64,000 nt of DNA from Capsulimonadaceae bacterium (GCA_965215505.1 OZ244065.1:2368001-2432000); one strand, 5' to 3'; numbered from the stretch's first letter, positions 17,593-27,741 are shown. Notes: generated by a model not told the origin, from the sequence alone. Program-made: numbers and translations.

Positions 17593-19164
17593 ATGTCCCT
17601 CCGAGTCACCCGCCGCCAAGCGATCCAAGGCGCAGCCCTCGCGCTGGCCGCTGGCGCGCTGCCGCCGCCCGCTTCCGCACAGACGCCGCTGCCCACCTTC
17701 ACGCCGCCCTCGCCGCCGCAGACCGCCGCCCCGCCGCGCGGGTTGGCCGCCGTGACCGCCGTCCTCGGCAGCGGCGTGGGCCTGTATGTCGGCAACGACT
17801 GGGCGGAGTGGGACGACGCCGCCCGGCGGTTCGCCTTGGCGAAGGCCCGCGCCTGGGGCTTCGACTTCCTCTGCCCCAAGGTCGGCGGGTACGCGCGGAC
17901 GTGCTACCGGGATGAGGCGCACCTGCGCTCCTGGGCCGAGGCGGCGCGCGGAGTCGGCCTGGGCTTCGTCCCGTTCATCTACACCATCCCGGAGACGGGC
18001 GACGCGGACGCCCGCATCTGCGCCCAGATGGCGCGGACGGTCGGGATCGCCTGCGTGGACATGGAGGACGAGTGGGGTTCCGCCGAGAAGGGGGCGGTTC
18101 CGGGCTACCAGGGCGAGCGGATGGCCTCCTTCGGGCGCATCTACCGCTCGGAGGCCGGGGCGCTGCCGATCATCGTCACCGGCTACGGTGATCCTCTGAC
18201 CCGCTTCGGCCCGGCCGCCACCGCCTACCCGAACGCCGAGATGGCGGCCTGGATGGACGCCTACTCGCCGCAGTGGTACATCGGCGTCTACTCCCGCTAC
18301 AAAAAGGGCGGCGTCCAGGCGGCCCTGGACTGGGGCAAAGCCGAATGCCGGACGGCCCTGGGCGCGGACTTCCCGACCTGCCCCTCCGTGGACATTTCCT
18401 GTAGCTTCACGCCCGACGGTCTGTTCCCGCTGGCGGACACGCGCACGATGATGGAAACCCTGCGCGCCTACAACGCGCCCATCTTCGTCTGGGAGTACGG
18501 CCTGATGACACCCGCCCATGCCGAGTCCCTGCTCGGTCCGCCGGACGTCCGCAACATCCGCGTGGGCCGCTCGCGCAAGGACAGCCTTGCGGTAGTCTGG
18601 GACACGCGCGTCCCCGCCCGCTCGGTCGTCACCTGCCGCCCGCCGTCCGGCGCGGCCACGACCAGCCGGGGCGACACGCTGGAACTGACCCACTCGGGCG
18701 GCGCGGAGAAGCTGACGCCGGGTGCGGCCTGCCTCGTGACCGTGCAGTCAGTCTCGGGCGGCGGCGCGTCCCCCGTCGTCCCGCTGACTGTCTCCACGGC
18801 CCCCGCCGTGCCGGGCGTGTTCGTCCAGTCGGCTCTCGCCACCCGCGCCGCCCTGGGCCACGTCGTCCTGACCCTGCTGATCGCCAACAGCGCCGACGCC
18901 GAGGTATCCGACGTGCAGGTGACATCGCTGGCCGTCGAGGGCGGCACGGTCCTCGCGCCCGTCACGCTCCCCCACGCGCTCGGCACGCTGGGCAAGCGCG
19001 ACTGGCAGGCCTCCACGCGCGACCGGGCTGGATTAGAGGTTGTGGTCACGGGGCTGCCAGCCACGGCCCCTCAGTTGACGCTGCGGGTGGGCGGGACGGC
19101 GGCGGGCGGCAAGGCCTGGGCGGCAACGCTGCCGGTGACGGTGCCGGTGACGGTGCCGGCCTGA
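17593..19164 (+). CDS. Tat-exported hypothetical protein; possible glycoside hydrolase-like barrel plus Ig/Fn3-like domains
   Basis: TRRQAIQGAALAL twin-arginine signal; CVDMEDEW, YSPQWY; beta-rich C-terminal half. Confidence 0.6.
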   Translation: MSLRVTRRQAIQGAALALAAGALPPPASAQTPLPTFTPPSPPQTAAPPRGLAAVTAVLGSGVGLYVGNDWAEWDDAARRFALAKARAWGFDFLCPKVGGYARTCYRDEAHLRSWAEAARGVGLGFVPFIYTIPETGDADARICAQMARTVGIACVDMEDEWGSAEKGAVPGYQGERMASFGRIYRSEAGALPIIVTGYGDPLTRFGPAATAYPNAEMAAWMDAYSPQWYIGVYSRYKKGGVQAALDWGKAECRTALGADFPTCPSVDISCSFTPDGLFPLADTRTMMETLRAYNAPIFVWEYGLMTPAHAESLLGPPDVRNIRVGRSRKDSLAVVWDTRVPARSVVTCRPPSGAATTSRGDTLELTHSGGAEKLTPGAACLVTVQSVSGGGASPVVPLTVSTAPAVPGVFVQSALATRAALGHVVLTLLIANSADAEVSDVQVTSLAVEGGTVLAPVTLPHALGTLGKRDWQASTRDRAGLEVVVTGLPATAPQLTLRVGGTAAGGKAWAATLPVTVPVTVPA

Positions 19165-19182
19165 CGCAGACGTGAAACAGGA

Positions 19183-19273
19183 GGGCGCGGCAAGCAGCGC
19201 CCCTACGGGGCAGGACGTAGGGGAGCGATTTATCGCGCCCTCTCCATGTGCGCCCTCTCCATGTGCGCCCTCC
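19183..19273. repeat. Inverted GTAG-REP doublet followed by a short tandem repeat
   Basis: REP(-) 19183-19206, REP(+) 19217-19240; gcgccctctccatgt tandem about 2.5 copies. Confidence 0.75.
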
Positions 19274-19344
19274 CAAAAGCCGGGCAGGAATTTTCACCCT
19301 CCCGCGCGAACTGTCCCTAACGCAACTTCGATGGGAGACTCACG

Positions 19345-20316
19345 ATGCAGTATACGAGTTTAGGCCGGACGGGCCTGAAAGTCAGCCGCCTGTGCCTCGG
19401 CACCATGAACTTCGGGCCGCAGACGACCGAGGAAGACAGCTTCAAGATCATGGACCACGCCCTGGAACTGGGCATCAACTTCTGGGACACCGCCGACGTC
19501 TACGGCTGGAAGCAGGGCGAGGGCTACACCGAGCAGATTTTGGGCCGCTACTTCGCCCAGGGCGGCGGGCGGCGCGAGAAGGTCGTACTCGCCACCAAGT
19601 TCTACGGCGGCATGGGATTCGGCGACATGAAGGACTGGCCAAACACCAACCGGCTGTCCGCCCTGCACATCCGCAAGGCCTGCGAGGACAGCCTCAAGCG
19701 GATGCAGACCGACTACATTGACCTCGAACAGATGCACCACATTGACCGCGAGACGCCCTGGGAGGAGATCTACCAGGCATTCGAGACGCTGGTGGCCCAG
19801 GGCAAGGTCATCTACTTCGGGTCCAGTAACTTCGCCGGCTGGCACATCGCGCAGGCCTCGGAGATCGCGAGGCACCGCAGCTTCCTCGGGCTGGTGTCCG
19901 AGCAGACCCACTACAACCTGAACGTCCGCAAGCCGGAACTGGAAGTGATCCCCGCCTGCGAGAAGTACGGCCTGGGCCTGATCCCCTGGTCGCCATTGGC
20001 CGGCGGCCTGCTGGGCGGCATCCTGCAAAAAGAAGCCACGGGCCGCCGGTCCGGCATGGACATCGAGGCCAAGCGCCCGCAGCTCGAAAAGTGGGAGGGC
20101 CTGTGCGGCGAATTGGGCGAGAAGCCCGCCGATGTCGCCCTGGCCTGGCTGCTGCACAACCCGGTCGTGACCGCCCCGATCATCGGCCCGCGCACGATGG
20201 AGCAGCTTGATGGGTCCCTGCGCGCCATGGAGATCACGCTGGGCGACGAGACCTCCAAGAAGCTGGACGAGATCTTCCCCGGCCACAAGACGGCCCCGGA
20301 AGACTACGCCTGGTAG
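19345..20316 (+). CDS. Aldo/keto reductase
   Basis: LGRTGLKVSRLCLGTMNFG, DTADVYG, LATK, IPWSPLAGG. Confidence 0.93.
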   Translation: MQYTSLGRTGLKVSRLCLGTMNFGPQTTEEDSFKIMDHALELGINFWDTADVYGWKQGEGYTEQILGRYFAQGGGRREKVVLATKFYGGMGFGDMKDWPNTNRLSALHIRKACEDSLKRMQTDYIDLEQMHHIDRETPWEEIYQAFETLVAQGKVIYFGSSNFAGWHIAQASEIARHRSFLGLVSEQTHYNLNVRKPELEVIPACEKYGLGLIPWSPLAGGLLGGILQKEATGRRSGMDIEAKRPQLEKWEGLCGELGEKPADVALAWLLHNPVVTAPIIGPRTMEQLDGSLRAMEITLGDETSKKLDEIFPGHKTAPEDYAW

Positions 20317-20338
20317 ACGGAGCGGAAGTGAAACGAGG

Positions 20339-20370
20339 AAAGCGCCGGGCGAACGCCCGGCGCTTTTCTT
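20339..20370 (+). terminator. Intrinsic terminator after the AKR gene
   Basis: aaagcgccgggcg-aa-cgcccggcgcttt followed by tctt. Confidence 0.75.
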
Positions 20371-20386
20371 GTGTGGCAGCCTAATG

Positions 20387-20538
20387 AGGGCGAACAAGGG
20401 CGGGCGGACGGGGACAAGAAGGGCGAACACAAGGTTCGCGCCCTACATCCGTCCGCGCATCCTGTCCATCTACCCCGTAGGGGCGAACCTTGTGTTCGCC
20501 CTTGCTTTCCCTTTCGCCCCGTCCCCCGTCCGCCCTTC
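20387..20538. repeat. Inverted GTAG-REP doublet in a larger imperfect palindrome
   Basis: REP(-) 20421-20446 and REP(+) 20477-20501 (gtaggggcgaaccttgtgttcgccc); flanks gcggacggggac / gtcccccgtccgc. Confidence 0.8.
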
Positions 20539-20542
20539 CGCT

Positions 20543-21097
20543 TCACCCCCACGGCTGAAGGAGGAGCTGCTGGCGGTCGCGGATCAGGCCCGCGAGCGAC
20601 TGGATGAGGGCAGTCAGCGGCGGCGTCGGGTCGCCCTCCTGCCAGTCGTCCGCCGTCCATTTATCAACGCAGGCGACGATGTCGGACGTCTGCTGGACCA
20701 GGCCGTCGTCGAAAGCGATCAGGGCGTGCAGCAGGGTGGTTTCCTGCCGCAGACGCCACCAGAACTTGTCGGAGGCGGGCGCGGCCATGCCCCGGATGTC
20801 GCCCTCCAGCCCGCCCAGGCGCTCCCGGAGCCGGCCCAGGCCGCGCAGCTTCTCCATCGCAGCGGGGGCAGGGTACGGCGACTCGCGGGTGCTGGGCGGC
20901 ACGAACCGGTGCGCGTACTCGGCTTCCAGTTGCCGCAGGGTCTGGGCGGCCTGGCCTAAAGACGCCCCGGCCCGCTGGCGCACCAGCAGGTCGTCGGCCC
21001 GCGCCTGATTGGCCCGGCCGTAGAAGTTGTACCCGCCGCCCGACAGCAGCACCTGGAGGCGCTGGACGACGGCGTTTTGGCTCGGCGCATCGCTCAT
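20543..21097 (-). CDS. Helical hypothetical protein, operonic with the SPFH gene
   Basis: 184-aa ORF, GC-rich third positions, 11 nt downstream of SPFH gene. Confidence 0.75.
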   Translation of the reverse strand: MSDAPSQNAVVQRLQVLLSGGGYNFYGRANQARADDLLVRQRAGASLGQAAQTLRQLEAEYAHRFVPPSTRESPYPAPAAMEKLRGLGRLRERLGGLEGDIRGMAAPASDKFWWRLRQETTLLHALIAFDDGLVQQTSDIVACVDKWTADDWQEGDPTPPLTALIQSLAGLIRDRQQLLLQPWG

Positions 21098-21108
21098 GGC
21101 GGGGCTTC

Positions 21109-21972
21109 CTACGAACTGCCGTCGGCGGGCGTCTCGGCGGGCGGGACGGCGGGCCGGACCCAGTTCTCCGAGGCCACCGTGGACTGCGCGCCGCCGATAT
21201 TGAAGGGCTGGCCGACGGCCATGTTGGGGGCGCTGACGATGCCGCGCTCGGCCATGACCATGGCGGTGTAGTAGCGGACGGCCTCCATCTCGGTCAGGCC
21301 GAAGGCTTTCAGCGAGATCAGGGCCTTCATGCGCGGGTCGGTGGGGTGGACCAGCACCTTGACGGTGTTCAGCGTGATGCCGTAGACCGCCAGGAACTCC
21401 TGCAAGTGGCTGTAGACCAGCGCGGTCAGGTCGTGGATCTTCTCGTTGACCTGTTCCAGCGGCGTCACCTGGATGAGCTGGTTGATAGCCTGTTCCACCA
21501 CCGGCCCGGCGTAGGCGTTGAGGCTCTCGGTCAAGAGGGCGTGGCCGCTGTAGGGCATGTGCTGGACCAGCTTCACGGCGTCCTCGCGCGTGTCCACATG
21601 GATGTAGTAGTCCACGTCATAGGTCAGCTCGGCCATCTCGCGCGACAGGGCGATGCCGGACGCGCCGACGACGAGCTTGGCGCGGTTGACGTACAGCGCC
21701 TCATACTGCCAGGGGCTTTGGCCGCCGTAGAAGGCCTGCTGGATGGAGCCGAACAGGACGGTCTGCGGGGTGTCTATGGGGTACTGCCCGGTTTCGTAGA
21801 CGTTGAGGATGGCCCCGCGCGACTTCAGGACGCAGAAGTGGTTGCTTTCGACGGTGAGGAGCGAGCCGTTGACGATGTCGTTGTTGGGGTAGTGCCAGAG
21901 CAGGACGTTCGGCCCCATGACCTCCTGCCCCGAGGGGTCGAGTGTCGAGATAACGCTGCGGATGCCGGGCAT
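21109..21972 (-). CDS. SPFH/band-7 domain protein (no TM anchor)
   Basis: LLWHYP..DIVNGSLLTVESNH...GQY; EFLAVYGITL..V; RBS GGAGG. Confidence 0.75.
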   Translation of the reverse strand: MPGIRSVISTLDPSGQEVMGPNVLLWHYPNNDIVNGSLLTVESNHFCVLKSRGAILNVYETGQYPIDTPQTVLFGSIQQAFYGGQSPWQYEALYVNRAKLVVGASGIALSREMAELTYDVDYYIHVDTREDAVKLVQHMPYSGHALLTESLNAYAGPVVEQAINQLIQVTPLEQVNEKIHDLTALVYSHLQEFLAVYGITLNTVKVLVHPTDPRMKALISLKAFGLTEMEAVRYYTAMVMAERGIVSAPNMAVGQPFNIGGAQSTVASENWVRPAVPPAETPADGSS

Positions 21973-22048
21973 GATGGATTCCTCCTGAGAGACGGGTGTG
22001 GGCTAGGAGTTCACCAAAGGCGGGGCGCTTCCCTGCTTCTGCCGGCCT

Positions 22049-22754
22049 CTATGTGTCAGGCGTCACCTGAGAATAAAGCACCTCTTGCCCCAGCAGCCAG
22101 TCCAAAGCTTTCTGGCGCTCGTGCGCGAGGCTGTTTACAAGATCAACGTCGCTTTCAGCGGCCTGCATAATCGGCAAGTCGCCGATCGCAAGATCGTTCT
22201 CCACGAAGCGTAGGCCCATCTGGTCGGGACCGATGCGGCTTCTCTCTGCAAAAGATTTGAAGTCAAACCATTTCAGCCGCTTCTGGAGATTAGCCACCCT
22301 CCAGTGCAGGGCCAGCATTTGATCCTCAAGGTTCTGGATCTCAGTCCCAGGCCGGAGTTCCGGGTCGTCAAGAAGATCACGGGCATCATCCCACAGGAAG
22401 TCAAGCGCCTCTGCGACGGCATGAGCGTCAACCTCCTTGTCGTACTCAGGCAAAGGGAACCGTTGCAATGCCCAGGCCAACATCGCAAGCCCTTCACAGA
22501 ACCATCCGGCTTTTATCGCTTGCTGCGGCGAAAGCGTCCCGAGCGGGGCATTGAGCAGTGCCGTTTCGTGAGGCTCGACCTCGGAAGGGACTCCCATCTT
22601 GTCCAGCCAATCAACAGCGCGGAGGCGCAGTTCTTCGGCCTCTGGGTTGCCCGCCGCCTTCTCGATGAACCCACGGCAGGCGACCGCCGACATCACGAGC
22701 GCCCGCGCGGCGCGGGGTCGGCGGCGTCCAGGGGTCCTTTTCTGAGTCGTCCAT
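22049..22754 (-). pseudogene. DUF4272-family protein, probably frameshifted near the 5' end
   Basis: W.CEGL.ML.WAL, LRP..EI, HERQKALDWL, VTPDT; RBS-led ATG 22754 (MDDSEKDPWTPPTP) is out of frame with RALVMSAV. Confidence 0.6.
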
Positions 22755-22767
22755 GTCCTCGACTGGC

Positions 22768-25700
22768 TTACTCAAACAGCAGCTCGATGTCTTGACGGGT
22801 CAGGTTCTTGAAGAAGCCGCCTTCGGTCGAGATGAGCTGGCTGACCAGGGCGCGCTTGCGGTCCTGCAACAGCAGGATCTTTTCCTCCACCGTGTCGCGC
22901 GTGATTAGCTTGTAGACGAAAACGGGCTTGTCCTGGCCGATGCGGTGGGTCCGGTCGGTCGCCTGCATCTCGACGGCGGGGTTCCACCAGGGGTCGATGT
23001 GGATGACGTAGTCGGCGGCCGTCAGGTTCAGGCCGACGCCTCCGGCCTTGAGGCTGATGAGGAACAGCGGCAGATCGGGGTCGTTCTGGAAGGCGTCCAC
23101 GCGCCCCTGCCGGTCGGTCGTCTTGCCGTCCAGGTAGGCGTAGGGGACGTGGGCGGCGTCCAGGCTCTCGCGCACCAGGGAGAGCATCTGGACGAACTGC
23201 GAGAACACGAGGGCCTTGTGGCCCTCGGCGCGCAGGGTGTCCAAGGTTTCCAATAGTGTCTCGAACTTGCCGGACTCGGCTTTGCTGTCCGGTTCGACGA
23301 GCCGGGGGTGGTTGGAGATCTGGCGCAGGCGCAGCAGGCCCTCCAGTATCTTCATGCGGGCGTCGTTGACGCCCTCCTTGTCCACGATGCCCATGATCTG
23401 GGCGCGGTAGTAGTCGCGCGTCTTCTCGTACAGCTTCTTCTGGCCCGGCTCCATCTCCGTATACAGGATGCGCTCGGTCCGGGGCGGGAGGTCCTTGGCG
23501 ACCTGGTCCTTGGTGCGGCGCAGGATGAAGGGGTGGACCAGGCGGCGCAGGAAGGCGGCGGCGGTTTCGTCCTGGCGCTTCTCGATGGCCCCGGCGAACT
23601 CGGTGCGGAAGTGTTCCAGGTTGCCGAGCAGGCCAGGGTTCAGGAACGAGAACTGCGACCACAGTTCCAGCGTGGAGTTCTCGACGGGCGTCCCCGTCAG
23701 GGTCAGCTTGTGGTCGGCCTGGAGCAGCCGCGCGGCCTTGGCGGACTGGGACACGGGGTTCTTGATGGCCTGCGCTTCGTCCAGGATGACGTAGTGGAAC
23801 CGGTGCTTGCGGAGCATCTCGATGTCCCGGAGCATGATGCCGTAGGTGGTCAGGACCAGGTCGTACTCGTCGAAGTCGGCCAGGTCCTTAGCGCGCGTCG
23901 TGCCCGCGTGGTTCAGGATTCGCAGGGTGGGCGTGAACCGGGCCGATTCGCGCTCCCAGTTGAAAACAAGGGAACGCGGCAGGACGAGCAGGGTGGCGGC
24001 CTTGGCTTCGTGGCTTTCGGCGAGCGATTGGAGGAAGGCGAGACACTGGACCGTGTTGTGCGTCACGATGCAGTCGTCGGTGACGTAGAGGTGGTCCGAG
24101 GCATCCACCGAAATGCACTGGCACGGCTTGGTGCTGACGGCCTCCACGGAAACGATAGCCCGCGTGGGGTGATATTTGACACGCGCAGGGCAGGCGTCCG
24201 CCTTACGCGACAGCGCGAACGGCGGGATGTGCGGCGGCAGGACGATGTTGAGGCGGTAGCAAAGCTGCCCGGTCGTCTTCTTGGTACGCAGGGTAGCGGT
24301 CCCGCCGAGCGACTGGACCAGGAACACGACGTCGCCGGCCAGCCGGGGCGAAACAGAGGTAAATTCGATGTTCTTGCCCGCCGTGTCAACATACCCATCC
24401 GTGTCCAGCAGCCCCTGAAGGAGCGCAATCCGCGCTTCCACGGGAGAGAACTTGTACACGTCCGGGATGAACTTGCCTTCGGCACGGTGTCCAGCCAGGC
24501 CAAGTTCCCGCAGGACTTTTTGGACCGCATTCACGCGGTCCCCCCCGACGTTACGAGAGATCTGCCAGTCGTAACGGTCCTTGTAGACCATGTGGACCGT
24601 GGCCGGCAGCAGGGCTTCGATTCGCTCGATCATCTCGGCATCGGCGGAAGAGAAAACCACGCGATGCGCGATGCCGCCGTCGCCCAGCAACGCTCCTATG
24701 AGATACGGGGGGAGCGGCAGGACACGCTCGGCAAAGTCTATCGGCTTGACGGTGGGGATGAAGTAGCGGCAGTTGCCGGCGGCATCCCGCAGGCGCCGCC
24801 GAATCAGCGAGAGCGGCAGGACTTGAGGCGCATTGCCCCGGCGCTTCCGGACGGCGCTGTTGACCGACCACAGGTGGTCGTCGCAGCACTCCGTCGCCGC
24901 CCCATCGCTGAAGGTGACGCGGAAGACCTCTTTCTCGCCCTGTGGGAAGACGCCCGTGACCTGGCACGGGCTGCCCTGGGAGCCGACGACCCAATCCCCC
25001 ACATGGACGTCACCCATCAGCTTCCAGCCGGTGGGGGTCAGCACTTTGGCGTCGAGCGGCTGCGCTTTGCCCAGCCCCATGTCGTCGGCCAGGCAGCCGC
25101 CGAAGCCGTACTCGTGCAGGAAGTGCAGCCAGTCGAAGCCCGACTTCTGGTAGGGGTGCAGGTTCGCCTTCAGGCCGTCCGGCAGGTCGCGCGGCTCGAT
25201 TTGGGAGAAGCGGCGCAGGTTCTCGCGGCGGCGCTGGAACTCATCGTCGGCCTGGATGCGGTCGCCTTCCATCAAGAGCTGGTCCAGCAGAGTCACCTGC
25301 GCGCTCGCCAAGCGCAGGCCCTCGCCCGAATCCTCGGCCATGGAGAATAGATAGCGGTACTTTTCCAGCCACTCCGTGGGGATCTCGCCGATGGAGCCGT
25401 CGGCCAGCTTGACATAGCGCTCTTTGCGGCGGACGGCCTTGCGGACCTCTTTGAGCTTCACCTGCGTGTCGCCGAAGTGGACCACGCCGTCCACGTCGAA
25501 CCAGTCAATACCCGACGAGACATTGAAAGAAACCGTCGGGCGGCTGCGGTTGACGCGGGCCGAGGTCAGCTCACGCTCGCCGTAGATCTCGAAGCCCGCT
25601 TCGGTCAGGCGCGGCACCTGGGTCAGCAGGAAGTCCACCGGCTCCGTCTTGGCGCGCAGGACAAAGAGGTCGGGCTGCTCGCCGCGCTTCAGCCCGTGGC

Positions 25701-26970
25701 CGGACCCCAGGGTCTCCCACCAGGCCTGCTCCCGGTCGGGGCGGCGGGCGACCCGCAGGAAGGTCAGCGAGTCGGGCTTCCGCAGCAGCATCGTGTCGGG
25801 CAGGCTCTTCTCATAGGTCGCCTCGCTGGCCCCGTAGCCGAACCGGAGCTGGACCTGGAGGCTGCCCTCCGCCTCGGACAGATACAAGCGCGGGACCGGC
25901 TCCACGCCGCCCTCCTCCTCCCAGACGATCCCCCCGCCCGTCACCGGGACGCGCGCGGCCAGCGGCAGCAGGTAGGTGTCCAGGAACGCCTGTGTATCAT
26001 CCGGCGGCACCAGAAGGTCCGGGTTGTCCAGCAGGGTCGTCACCAGGCCCGCGCCGTCCTCGACCGGGTAGGCGGTGCTGCCGGACAGCAGCCAGAGCGG
26101 GTCGGAGGAGACGACGGCGGTCTTCTCGGGCGTCAGGAGGAACTTGCGGTCGCCGAGCTTCATGGAGGGGGTGAGGGCCGTTCCTTCCGGAGTCTGGTTC
26201 AGCTCGACCTGCGCCTTGCCTTGAGAATCCGAGACGCGCACCAGGGTCTGGAGCGGGTCCGCCTCACGGCCCCGGAACAGGAACCCGCCCGCCAGCAGCG
26301 GCAGCAGGGCGCGGCATTCAAACGACCTTTCGTAATAGGGGGAATAGGACTGTCCGGCCAGGGCGGCGAGGTTCAGGGTGGCGTCGCCGCCCGAGGCGCT
26401 GACGAACCGGCGCGGGTCACTCTGGGCGCGCAGGGGCTTGGCCTGCCGGGACAGGGCCTCCTGCTTGATCGTCTTTGCCAGGGCGTCGCCGTCGCCGATC
26501 ATCTCCTCGGAAAAGTGGCTCAGGGGCAGGCTGTACGGGTAGACCGCCCACTGGGAGTGGCGGGCCTGGAGGCTGAACAGGAGTACCTGCCGGGCGGCGG
26601 GGGCGGCGTGTTTCGGCTCCGGCTTGACGGCCTGGGCCAGCACGCTCTCCCAGGTCTGGGGCGGGTGGACGCGCAGGTAGTTCCGCAGGATGACGGCGGC
26701 GGCGACCTGGTGCTTGCAGACGATGTCCGGGTCGCCTCCACACAAGGGGCAGTCGCAGAAGGAGTAGACCCCGGCGTTGTCGGTCCCGAAATGGACCTGA
26801 TAGACCTGCGTCCCGGTGACGCGGGCGTCCGCCTCATCGCGCTCCACCCGCGCCAATCGGACGCGCCCCTGCTGGGAGTAGGCCACACCGCGCCGGATCG
26901 TTGCCGCGTCGGTCCGGGCCAGAATCGCGTCCACGTCCAGCGTGTCCGCCGTCAGAAGTTGTTTCGCCAT
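22768..26970 (-). CDS. SWIM zinc finger + SNF2-family helicase/ATPase containing an intein
   Basis: CDC...CKH (SWIM); LADDMGLGK|T, ILDEAQAIKN, LTGTPVEN, SLKAGGVGLNL, QATDRTHRIGQ. Confidence 0.95.
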   Translation of the reverse strand: MAKQLLTADTLDVDAILARTDAATIRRGVAYSQQGRVRLARVERDEADARVTGTQVYQVHFGTDNAGVYSFCDCPLCGGDPDIVCKHQVAAAVILRNYLRVHPPQTWESVLAQAVKPEPKHAAPAARQVLLFSLQARHSQWAVYPYSLPLSHFSEEMIGDGDALAKTIKQEALSRQAKPLRAQSDPRRFVSASGGDATLNLAALAGQSYSPYYERSFECRALLPLLAGGFLFRGREADPLQTLVRVSDSQGKAQVELNQTPEGTALTPSMKLGDRKFLLTPEKTAVVSSDPLWLLSGSTAYPVEDGAGLVTTLLDNPDLLVPPDDTQAFLDTYLLPLAARVPVTGGGIVWEEEGGVEPVPRLYLSEAEGSLQVQLRFGYGASEATYEKSLPDTMLLRKPDSLTFLRVARRPDREQAWWETLGSGHGLKRGEQPDLFVLRAKTEPVDFLLTQVPRLTEAGFEIYGERELTSARVNRSRPTVSFNVSSGIDWFDVDGVVHFGDTQVKLKEVRKAVRRKERYVKLADGSIGEIPTEWLEKYRYLFSMAEDSGEGLRLASAQVTLLDQLLMEGDRIQADDEFQRRRENLRRFSQIEPRDLPDGLKANLHPYQKSGFDWLHFLHEYGFGGCLADDMGLGKAQPLDAKVLTPTGWKLMGDVHVGDWVVGSQGSPCQVTGVFPQGEKEVFRVTFSDGAATECCDDHLWSVNSAVRKRRGNAPQVLPLSLIRRRLRDAAGNCRYFIPTVKPIDFAERVLPLPPYLIGALLGDGGIAHRVVFSSADAEMIERIEALLPATVHMVYKDRYDWQISRNVGGDRVNAVQKVLRELGLAGHRAEGKFIPDVYKFSPVEARIALLQGLLDTDGYVDTAGKNIEFTSVSPRLAGDVVFLVQSLGGTATLRTKKTTGQLCYRLNIVLPPHIPPFALSRKADACPARVKYHPTRAIVSVEAVSTKPCQCISVDASDHLYVTDDCIVTHNTVQCLAFLQSLAESHEAKAATLLVLPRSLVFNWERESARFTPTLRILNHAGTTRAKDLADFDEYDLVLTTYGIMLRDIEMLRKHRFHYVILDEAQAIKNPVSQSAKAARLLQADHKLTLTGTPVENSTLELWSQFSFLNPGLLGNLEHFRTEFAGAIEKRQDETAAAFLRRLVHPFILRRTKDQVAKDLPPRTERILYTEMEPGQKKLYEKTRDYYRAQIMGIVDKEGVNDARMKILEGLLRLRQISNHPRLVEPDSKAESGKFETLLETLDTLRAEGHKALVFSQFVQMLSLVRESLDAAHVPYAYLDGKTTDRQGRVDAFQNDPDLPLFLISLKAGGVGLNLTAADYVIHIDPWWNPAVEMQATDRTHRIGQDKPVFVYKLITRDTVEEKILLLQDRKRALVSQLISTEGGFFKNLTRQDIELLFE
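24055..25065 (-). mobile_element. 337-aa class-3 (Ala1) intein with LAGLIDADG homing endonuclease
   Basis: Starts AQPLDAKVLTP after GLGK; DHLW, CQCISV, VTHN|T; LIGALLGDGG and LLQGLLDTDG. Confidence 0.92.
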
Positions 26971-26992
26971 CCGTCTCCGTTTGCTCCGTCTG

Positions 26993-27400
26993 TTAGGGCA
27001 CCACTTGGAACGCCTGCTTGTCCGCCGTGCGGTAGGCGTAGAAATGCCGGTCTATCGTGAACACCGTCCGCAGCGAAAGCGTCTCCGCCACGGCCACAAG
27101 CGAGGCGTCCGCCAAGTCCATCGGCGCGTCCCGATACTGATCCATCAAGATTTGCATCCGGTCCGCCTGCTCTGTCGTCAATTCTTGGATGCGTAGCTTG
27201 CCAGTCAAACGCCAATGCCAAAGCTCCTCCTGAGCCGAGTAGCCGATTTCCCTGTGCAGTAGATACATCGCTTCCGTAAAGCAAGGCCAGGTCGTCAGCA
27301 TCGGGGCACGCAGGGACGGCAGGATGAGCATACAGCTTTGATGGGCCGTGTCGTTCTTGTTATTCAGGGCGACAAGCGGGCCGGCGTCAGTCAGTGTCAT
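26993..27400 (-). CDS. vapC: PIN-domain toxin (VapC family)
   Basis: TDAGPLVAL, TEAMYLL, DLADASL, FTIDRHF acidic quartet. Confidence 0.85.
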   Translation of the reverse strand: MTLTDAGPLVALNNKNDTAHQSCMLILPSLRAPMLTTWPCFTEAMYLLHREIGYSAQEELWHWRLTGKLRIQELTTEQADRMQILMDQYRDAPMDLADASLVAVAETLSLRTVFTIDRHFYAYRTADKQAFQVVP

Positions 27401-27678
27401 ACATGCCCCTGACGCCTTTTCTCATCCATGATCTTGCCGAATTCTTCTTCCGAGTTTTGACCAGCACTGGACGGCTCGGCACTCGAAAACAGGCCGATGT
27501 GCCCGGCTAATGCTTCAGCAAGCGACTGACCTTCCACTGACTCTTCATCCACGGGAAGAGTGTAAATGTCGTGACGAAGCACACTGGCGGCGTAGTCGGC
27601 TTCGTCCTGTCCCCGGCGGGCAGCCTTCTCGCGCAGACGCGCTTCTTCCTCTGGGCTGAGATTCATAGTCAGTGTCAT
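27397..27678 (-). CDS. Putative antitoxin (VapB-like, RHH-like N-terminus)
   Basis: MTLTMNLSPEEEARLREKAARRG; ATGA overlap with the PIN gene. Confidence 0.75.
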   Translation of the reverse strand: MTLTMNLSPEEEARLREKAARRGQDEADYAASVLRHDIYTLPVDEESVEGQSLAEALAGHIGLFSSAEPSSAGQNSEEEFGKIMDEKRRQGHV

Positions 27679-27741
27679 GGCTTGTCTACCTTCCTGGGCA
27701 TGATAACTTTGCTCTGCCATTGCCTTTTAAGAAGGCGATTA

